A DNA stretch of 64,000 nucleotides from an uncultured Thermoleophilia bacterium (lineage in GTDB: Bacteria; Actinomycetota; Thermoleophilia; Gaiellales; Gaiellaceae): the NCBI GenBank assembly GCA_963844235.1, contig CAWJNF010000005.1, positions 65,899-129,898 of the forward strand. The letters run 5' to 3'. This document shows, piece by piece, positions 57,701 through 64,000 of the stretch (position 1 is the first letter of the stretch; each line of letters begins with the position of its first letter). A program made the position numbers and the translations under genes. A model generated the notes under the pieces. The model did no database searches and was not told where the DNA came from. It saw only the letters and a program-made list of their open reading frames with translations.

Positions 57701-58329
57701 TTAGCTCGTCCCGAGCCACACGACACGAGGATTCGAGGTCGCCTGGGATCCCAAGAGCCGCGGGGTGTTCACGTCGAGTCGCCGTATAGAAGCGTCCGTA
57801 GCTCGACGAGGAGCGAGGAGCGATCGCGGGCACCGGCAGTGAGCGACCCCAACCACGAGCTCGGCAGCATGTCGAGCCTGACCGACGCCCGCGAAGAGAT
57901 CGGGGGTGGAGAAGTCCGCCGACGGCGCGAACGGTAGCGCATCAGCACGTCGCGCCCGGAACCGAGATCCGCACCCTGCGCCCCGTCGAAGGCGATCACC
58001 GGCAGAGGTGCAAGCGACCGGACACGCTCGATTTCTGGCTCATTGGCCAAGCCGCAGAGCACGACGAGGTCCGCATCCTCGACATCGTCAGCGCGTGGTA
58101 GATCACCGAGACGCAGTTGGCCGTCGAGTTGAACGCCGTACTCGTGGTCACCGGCGACGACGATGGCGCGACACCCCGCGCATTTCACGTCCTGAGCAAG
58201 GCGGATGGCGACTTCCGTATCTCGGGCGACGAGGCGGAACACCGTTCCTCGGTGGTCCGCGGGATGATCCTCGCAACCGGGTTCGTCAGCCCGGGTCACG
58301 CCCGCCCATGTCGCCATTGGGGCGATCAA
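57701..58329 (-). pseudogene. 5'-truncated, frameshifted remnant of a type-1 periplasmic (Leu/Ile/Val-type) solute-binding protein gene
   Basis: ...TVFRLVARDTEVAIRLAQDV...RAIVVAGDHEYGVQL...DLVVLCG...PVIAFDGAQGADLGSGRDVLMR, then a shift (~57925) to LPFAPSADFSTPDLFAGVGQ... No signal peptide or N-terminal lobe. Confidence 0.35.
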
Positions 58330-58394
58330 GGGGAGCCCCTCGCGGCGCAGTTGCCTCTACCGTCTCGGCAACATGCCCGCGACCGGACCGGACC

Positions 58395-58627
58395 GATCAA
58401 CGCCGGGCGGATCACGCGCTTGATTCGTCCTCTACGAGTGCTCGCGGACCCGCGCCTCGAGCGCGAGAGCGAGCTCGCGGTCGTATACGCGCACCTGAAC
58501 GAGCCGCCACCGCTTCCTCGCTGCCAGGCATGACCTCCGGAGCACTCGACCGCCGCCTCCAGCCGCGGGGGAAGCGCCGAGTGAACGACTACGCGAGCGA
58601 AGTTGCCGGGAGCACGCGCGGCGCTGC
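58395..58627 (+). pseudogene. relics of a Ser/Thr protein kinase C-lobe and juxtamembrane region spread over three frames
   Basis: FVLYEC (58424-58441), ESELAVVYAHLNEPPPLP (58465-58518) and ALDRRLQPRGKRRVNDYASEVAG (~58540-58610) each lie in a different frame. No catalytic-loop or DFG region upstream. Confidence 0.4.
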
Positions 58628-59231
58628 GTGGCAAAACCATCCCGCCCGAAGGCGCCGCCGACGCGTGCGCTCCTCGCGGTCGCCTTTGCGCTGCTCGCCG
58701 CGGCGGTGGCAGCCGGCGGTTTCGTCGCGTCTAGAGGCTCGCACGATACGACTACGATCACCGAGAAGGCGCTCGGCGGGCTCGAGCTCGCCTCGGCCGA
58801 CACCGACTACGACCCCGCCTGGGGCCCGAGCGCGATCACGCCGCTGAGGTATCCGGAGAACTACGCGAAGCGCACGTTCGGAGACCGCAAGGTCGGGGTG
58901 TACTTCGCCAGTGGAGATATCCAGGGAGCGATCCGGAACGGCGACGCGAGGATCGTCGAGATCACGACCTGGAACGAATCGAACCGGATCGAAAAAGACA
59001 TCGGGCCCTGCTCGACGGTCGAGGAGCTGAAGGCCGCGTACGGTAGCGCGCTCGCGCCTGTGGAGGCCAACATTATCGAGGGCAAGGTGTACGGATACAC
59101 GGTGGGAAACCATCTGTTCTTCGCCGTGGGGTCCGCTCGGGACGCCCACCCGTGTCTCGTCGGTCGCGGTGTACGCCAATCCCCTGCAATTCGCCGGCTT
59201 CAACGCTCTCGGCGAGGCGACGTGCGCGTGA
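58628..59231 (+). pseudogene. membrane-anchored extracytoplasmic domain (probable C-terminal part of the decayed kinase), frameshift near 59140
   Basis: TM LLAVAFALLAAAVAAGGFVA, then a clearly coding, lower-GC segment ...YPENYAKRTFGDRKVGVYFASGDIQGAIRNGDARIVEITTWNESNRIEKDIGPCSTVEELKAAYG... The end continues in another frame (VSSVAVYANPLQFAGFNALGEATCA, stop 59229-59231). Confidence 0.5.
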
Positions 59232-59273
59232 CCCGAAAGGTCGCATCGCGCTCGTTTCGGCTCACGGAGACGA

Positions 59274-60874
59274 TCAGCCTCCGATCGACCAGCTGAACCG
59301 GCTGCGGCTCTCGCGCGGCGCAATGCCGCTGGGTCGCGGCCCCGCGTGCACGAGCAGGACGGGCGGACGAGCGTCCTCGACGAGCGCATGCCTGGCTGTG
59401 CCGAGACCCTCGTGTCGCCAGCGCGGTGAGATGCCGACGACGACCAGCGAGGCCGCACCGACAGCCGTGACCAGCGCGAACTCGCTCGGCTCGACGAGAA
59501 CCGGCTCGCTTTCGAGTCCCACGATTCGCTGGACAGCGAGAGACGCGTCGGCCAGCAACCGGCTGGCATCGCGCCGGCCGCGGCTCGGATCGGCTGCCAG
59601 GCCGACCAGTCGGAGCGGCGCGCCCGTCGCCGTAGAAAGCCACGCACCCAGCTCGAGCGCCGCCCAGTCGTGCGTGCCTCCCCCGAACGGCACGAACACG
59701 CCGTCGCCTCTCCTGAGATCGACTGCACCTGCAAGCAGAGCGACGTCGGTAGGCGAACGCTCGAGGATCACTCCGAGATCGCCAGGAAAGGGGCCGCGCT
59801 CGAGGTTTGCGGGAACGCCGATGAGAACGAGGTCCACGTCGTACGCAGTCGCCAGGCGAACGGCATCGAGCGCGGGGTCGAGCGTAGTGAAGGCCGCAGT
59901 CCGCACGGGGACTTGCAACATCGCGCGCCTTGCGTTCAGCGAAGACGCCGTGCAGGCGAGCTGGGTGTCGTCGGAGAGCAAGCGCGCGATGATCAGCTCC
60001 GCCCGGGAAGCGCGGCGAGGGGCTCGGCGACCGCGAGCAGCGCGTCGACCTGCTCCTCGCCCGCCGGGACGACAAGCACGGATCGATCGGGATCCAGTCG
60101 CACCGCGCCCCGCCCGGAGCCCGGACGCTCGATGTCAAGGGCGGGATCCTGGCGGAGGATCGCACGCTCGAGGTTGCGGAGCGCCGGAGTCGGCTCGATA
60201 CCGAACTCAGCGACGAGAGCCTCCCGGGTCCACCGATAGACATCGAGCGCCTCGGTCTGCCGGCCTGACCGGTAGAGCGCGAGCATCAGCTGCCCGTGAA
60301 ATCGCTCGTGAAGACTATGCTCGGCGACGAGCTGCTCGAGCTCGCCTACCAATTCCGCGTGCCTGCCGAGAGCCAGCTCGGCTTCGATCTTATCTGCGCG
60401 CACAGGGAGGCTCAGCTCCTCGAGCCAAGCTCGATGGCGGGCTGAGCAAACAGCTCGTCGGCAAGGTCGGCCAGGGGCGGCCCGCGCCAGGCGCCGAGCG
60501 CCTGCAACAGAAGCTCGGCGGCGCGCTGTGCGTCGACGCGTTGAGCGCCTCACGTCCTCCCTCAGTCGACGCTCGAAGAGGTTCAGGTCGAGCTGCGCCG
60601 GGGACACGTGAAGCACATAGCCGGGCGAGCGCGTCTCGATCGTCGACGCAGAGCCGAGCGCCTTGCGAAGCTCGGAGATCTGCCGCTGAACCTGGGTGAC
60701 GGCAGTGACGGGCGCCGCGCCTGCGTAGAGCTCGTCCGCGAGCCGTTCGACGGAGACGACTCGATTCGCGCTGAGCAGCAGAATCGCGAGCGTCGCACGC
60801 TGTCTCGGCCTCCGAGTCGTACCGGGACGGCGTCGCCGAACACCTCGAGCGGGCCAGATCCGGAAATCGAGCAT
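59274..60874 (-). pseudogene. SARP (wHTH+BTAD) / USP-like regulator, cyclase-less paralogue of 3751-6024, at least 6 frameshifts
   Basis: MLDFRI, shift, GPLEVFGDAVPVRLGG, shift, RATLAILLLSANRVVSVERLADELY... The BTAD middle is split over three frames (GREALNA / DAQRAAELLLQALGAWRGPPLADLADELFAQPAIE / LEELSLPVRADKIEAELALGRHAE). The tail FGGGTHDWAALELGAWLSTATGAPLRLVG...SRFSWS matches the tail of 3751-6024. Confidence 0.6.
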
Positions 60875-60934
60875 TCGCTGGGACGGTAGCCGTCGATGCG
60901 ACAAGGCGCCGCCGGCCGCGTCTTGGCCGGCAGC

Positions 60935-61579
60935 TCAAGCCGGCATCCGACTTTCCTTCCAGTCGATCGGTGTCCTGTCGGGGTCGAGGAGCGTCCGGTA
61001 GGCGCGGCGGTGGTAGAGGAGCGGCGTCCCGGCGCGGGAGGCGCGTACCGCCCGAATGTGGCCGAAGAGGACGGAGTGGTCGGCGACTTGACGGCTTCCG
61101 CGAGTTCGCAATCGAGGTGGGCGAGCGCTCCCGCAACGACCGGGCTCGCACTCTCCCCGGCGCCGGATTCGGTGAACGGCTCGAGGAACTTCGTCGCCCC
61201 GGCGCCGAGCCGTAGCGAGCCACGGGGAGCTGGTCGGCCGCCAGGATGCTGACCCCGAAGCTTCGCGTGTCCGAGATCGCGCGGGCGCTCGTGGCTTCTG
61301 ATCGGAGCGAGACGAGGACCGTGGGCGGATCGATCGAGACCGAGGCGAAAGCCGTGACGGTCATCCCCCACGGCCTGTCGCCGACCAGCAGGTGACGAGC
61401 ACGACGCTGCTCGCGAGTGCGCTCATCGCGGCGGCGAATTCCGTGATCGGCGCGGGCAGAGGCGTCGGGTCGGCGACGAGCTGTAGGTCAGGAGCCATGG
61501 GGAGTTTTCCAGAGCGGCCTGTCGTCGAAGACGGCCGAGCGCTGCCGTGCGCGCGGATCGTCTCGGCGGCTGTACTCAT
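60935..61579 (-). pseudogene. flavin reductase-like (FMN-binding split-barrel) gene, about 3 frameshifts
   Basis: ITEFAAAMSALASSVVLVTC / GMTVTAFASVSIDPPTVLVSLRSEATSARAI...FGVSILAADQ / ...VVAGALAHLDCELAEAV / GDHSVLFGHIRAVRASRAGTPLLYHRRAYRTL lie in different frames. Confidence 0.55.
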
Positions 61580-62004
61580 TCGATCTCCTCCTTGCTGATA
61601 GTCGGGCCCCTGCCGGAGCGGTCGTGCCTAGGAGACACGAGCGCGGTTGATGCTCGGTTGAGAAGCAGGTAAAGCCGCGGTAGCAGCAGGAGCGCGCGTC
61701 GAGGTGCCTGGGCCGAGCGCTCCGTCCTCGCGGAGAGGCTCCACGGTTACGGCCGCATATCGCTGAACATGGCCACGTGGCAGCCGTGGGCGGCACCGGA
61801 CGGCGTCCTGGCGGAGCGCCGGTCTACCGCCGTCTCGGTCGGCCTTACAGACGCGTGCGCATTGGCGAGGTTGGCCGCTCCTGGATCCGGCGGGGCGTGA
61901 CCGCTGCCTTCGCCGCCCTGCCGCACGGGTGTGACGGTGACCGGTCCCCGTTTGTCGGTCCGGGCCGTTATGAGAGTGGGGCTGTTTCTGCTTGGCTCCT
62001 TCGG

Positions 62005-63106
62005 TCACGGTAGCGGCGAAGGCGGCGGGAGTTCTCCAGCCGTGGCTGGCGCGGCGGGCAGTTGCACCGTGGCGCGGAGCCCACCAGCGGCCCGGGGGGT
62101 GAGGGTGAGGGTTCCGTCGCAGTGCTTGGGTGATGCTCTTGACGAGTGCCAGGCCGAGGCCGACACCTGCGTGGTCGGTGCGTATGCGTTCGGTGCCGCG
62201 AAGAAACGGCTCGGCAAGCGTGGCAACTAGCTGTGGGTTGAGCTTCTCGCCGGTGTTCTCGACAGTGAGCACCACACTCTTGGGGTGAGCGCCGGTCGTG
62301 ACCCACACGGTGCCGTGTTCAGGCAGGTTGTGGACGATCGCGTTGTGCACGAGGTTCGTGCTCAGCTGCAGCAGGAGCGCGTGTGAGCCGACGGTGGGGG
62401 TCAGGTCGCCAGAGGTCTCGATCGTGAGGCCGCGTTCTTCTGCGAGGGGGAGCAGCGCTTCAGTGGCTTCTTCCGCGATGAGGGACAGGTCGACGTGTTC
62501 TCGGGTGAAGGACCGTTGGTCGGCGCGGCTGAGCAGGAGCAATGCTTCAGTGAGGTCGATCGCTCGGGTGTTGACGGCGTGAAGGCGGTCGACGAGTTCG
62601 CGGGCGTCGCCGTTCGGATCGTTGCGGGCGACGTCGAGCAGTGTCTGCGTGATCGCCAGCGGGGTGCGCAGTTCGTGGGAGGCGTTGGCGGCGAATCTCT
62701 GCTGCTCGGCGACGTGTGCTTCGAGGCGCGCGAGCATGGTGTCGAATGCGTCGGCGAGTTCGCGGAACTCGTCGCTGCGGCCCGGTAGTCGGATTCGGTG
62801 GGAGAGCGATCCGGTCGCGGCCGTTCGTGTGGCGTCTGTGATTCGGGCCAGTGGGGCGAGCATGCGGCCGGCGAGAAGCCACCCTCCCAGCAGACCGAAT
62901 ACCAGCAGGAACGCCAGCACGATGGCCGCTGGCAGGCCTAAGCCGTTCAGGGGGTCGGAGCGGTTGGGTGGGAACCACGGGAGGCCGTAGGTCACCTCGT
63001 CGGGTATGTATCGCAGGAGGGAGACCCACACGACCGCGAGCAGCAAGGCGCTTGCGAGCATGAGGAAGCCGGCGTAGCTGAGGGTGAGCTTGAGGCGAAC
63101 ACTCAA
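62005..63106 (-). pseudogene. sensor histidine kinase (TM-HAMP-HisKA-HATPase), frameshift near 62130 in the last ~40 codons
   Basis: MSVRLKLTLSYAGF...; H-box ANASHELRTPLA; NLVHNAIVHN; GVGLGLALVKSITQA. The normal-looking end DGTLTLTPRAAGGLRATVQLPAA is in the next frame (stop 62005). TTG start 63106. Confidence 0.7.
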
Positions 63107-63116
63107 ACCAGGGGCT

Positions 63117-63812
63117 CTATCCACAATCTCCTCCCTCGGGCCCGGTGTCTGGTTGCGTCTCGATGCGGTAGCCGACGCCGGCCACGGTGGCGATGATCCA
63201 GGGTTCGCCGAGGCGTTTGCGCAGTCCCGAGACCGTGATGCGCACGGCGTTTGTGAACGGGTCTGCGTTCTCATCCCACGCCCGTTTCAGGAGCTCTTCG
63301 GCGCTGACGACACCGCCTTCGGCAGCGACGAGGACTTCGAGCACTGCGAACTGCTTCCTGGTCAGCGCGATGTAGCGGCCGTCGCGGTAGACCTCTCGGC
63401 GGAACGGATCCAGCCGGAGACCAGCGATCTCGAGCACGGGTGGCCTGTTGTGGGCGCGCCTGCGGTCGAGTGCTCTGAGACGGAGCACGAGTTCTCGGAG
63501 TTCGAACGGCTTCGTGAGGTAGTCGTCGGCGCCGAGCTCGAACCCGGTGGCCTTGTCGTCGAGACGGTCGGCAGCGGTGAGCATGAGGATCGGCATGCCG
63601 CTGCCGGAAGCGACGATGCGTTCGGCGATCTCGTCGCCGGTAGGTCCGGGAATGTCTCGGTCGAGGACGGCGATGTCGTAGGCGTTGACGCTCAGCAGCT
63701 CCAGAGCGGTGTCGCCGTCACCTGCGATGTCTGCCGCGATCGCCTCCAGGCGTAGGCCATCGCGGATGGCTTCCGCCATAAAGGGTTCGTCTTCGACGAT
63801 CAACACACGCAT
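63117..63812 (-). CDS. OmpR-family response regulator
   Basis: MRVLIVEDEPFMAEAI...VLDRDIPGPTGDE...; wHTH ...IATVAGVGYRIE. Intact. Confidence 0.9.
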   Translation of the reverse strand: MRVLIVEDEPFMAEAIRDGLRLEAIAADIAGDGDTALELLSVNAYDIAVLDRDIPGPTGDEIAERIVASGSGMPILMLTAADRLDDKATGFELGADDYLTKPFELRELVLRLRALDRRRAHNRPPVLEIAGLRLDPFRREVYRDGRYIALTRKQFAVLEVLVAAEGGVVSAEELLKRAWDENADPFTNAVRITVSGLRKRLGEPWIIATVAGVGYRIETQPDTGPEGGDCG

Positions 63813-63898
63813 GCTCCGATGCTACGAGCTGGCGCATATCGTCGGCATATCGAAAACCAGATACGTGCTGGCAACACCGCGCTGCCTTGAATGGAGGC

Positions 63899-64000
63899 AT
63901 GACCGACGGCCAACGAGCACGAACAACGACCCGTCGGATTCCCAGAGTCCTTGTCGCCGGCCTGCTAGTCGTCATCGCGGCGATCGCCGCATCCCTCGCC
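63899..64000 (+). CDS. possible start of a membrane/secreted protein (3' end outside window)
   Basis: ATG 63899: MTDGQRARTTTRRIPRVLVAGLLVVIAAIAASLA..., i.e. positive N-region plus hydrophobic helix. Only 34 codons are visible. Confidence 0.3.
   Translation, partial: MTDGQRARTTTRRIPRVLVAGLLVVIAAIAASLA

Noticed and set aside
61600-62004. A 400-nt gap between the flavin-reductase remnant and the histidine kinase, as a possible ncRNA or small gene.
   Set aside because: I could recognise no conserved RNA motif, hairpin family or coding-like frame. It may be further decayed sequence.

Overview
Very GC-rich window (third codon positions are almost always G/C), so every real gene is shadowed by long R/P/A/G-rich ORFs in other frames. 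All calls come from reading motifs by eye; no similarity search was run. Gene content points to a high-GC Gram-positive chromosome, probably a deep-branching Actinomycetota lineage (low confidence).

Layout:
- 0-33 kb: mostly intact genes. These include a GS-like/amidohydrolase pair, a SARP-cyclase-USP regulator, a large adhesin-like protein, two-component systems, mutY, a Firmicute-style gltX-cysS-rlmB-yacP-sigH-tRNA(Thr) block interrupted by insertions, pta, an amidase, lspA, an MFS pump, a CDF exporter and secG.
- 33-41 kb, minus strand: M6 protease, PQQ-type dehydrogenase, CrtI-like oxidoreductase, DUF1990-like protein, two STAS proteins and a GAF-PP2C-HATPase fusion.
- 41.0-51.3 kb, the most unusual part: seven tandem paralogues of a ~400-aa polytopic membrane module. 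The C-terminal cassette is strongly conserved and the N-terminal half is variable. They are chained by ATGA/GTGA overlaps into one ~14.7-kb head-to-tail gene string together with a class III adenylate cyclase and the partner-switching genes. A SARP-STAND regulator is transcribed divergently.
- 54.2-57.5 kb: tRNA-Leu, lexA with an SOS box, a methyltransferase, a lipoprotein and RNase P RNA, all intact.
- 57.7-62.2 kb: a run of frame-disrupted gene remnants, followed by a two-component pair.

About 35 single-nucleotide frame disruptions cluster in three accessory stretches, while the housekeeping genes are clean. This is either real gene decay or local assembly error. No CRISPR array, transposase, integrase or phage gene was recognised.
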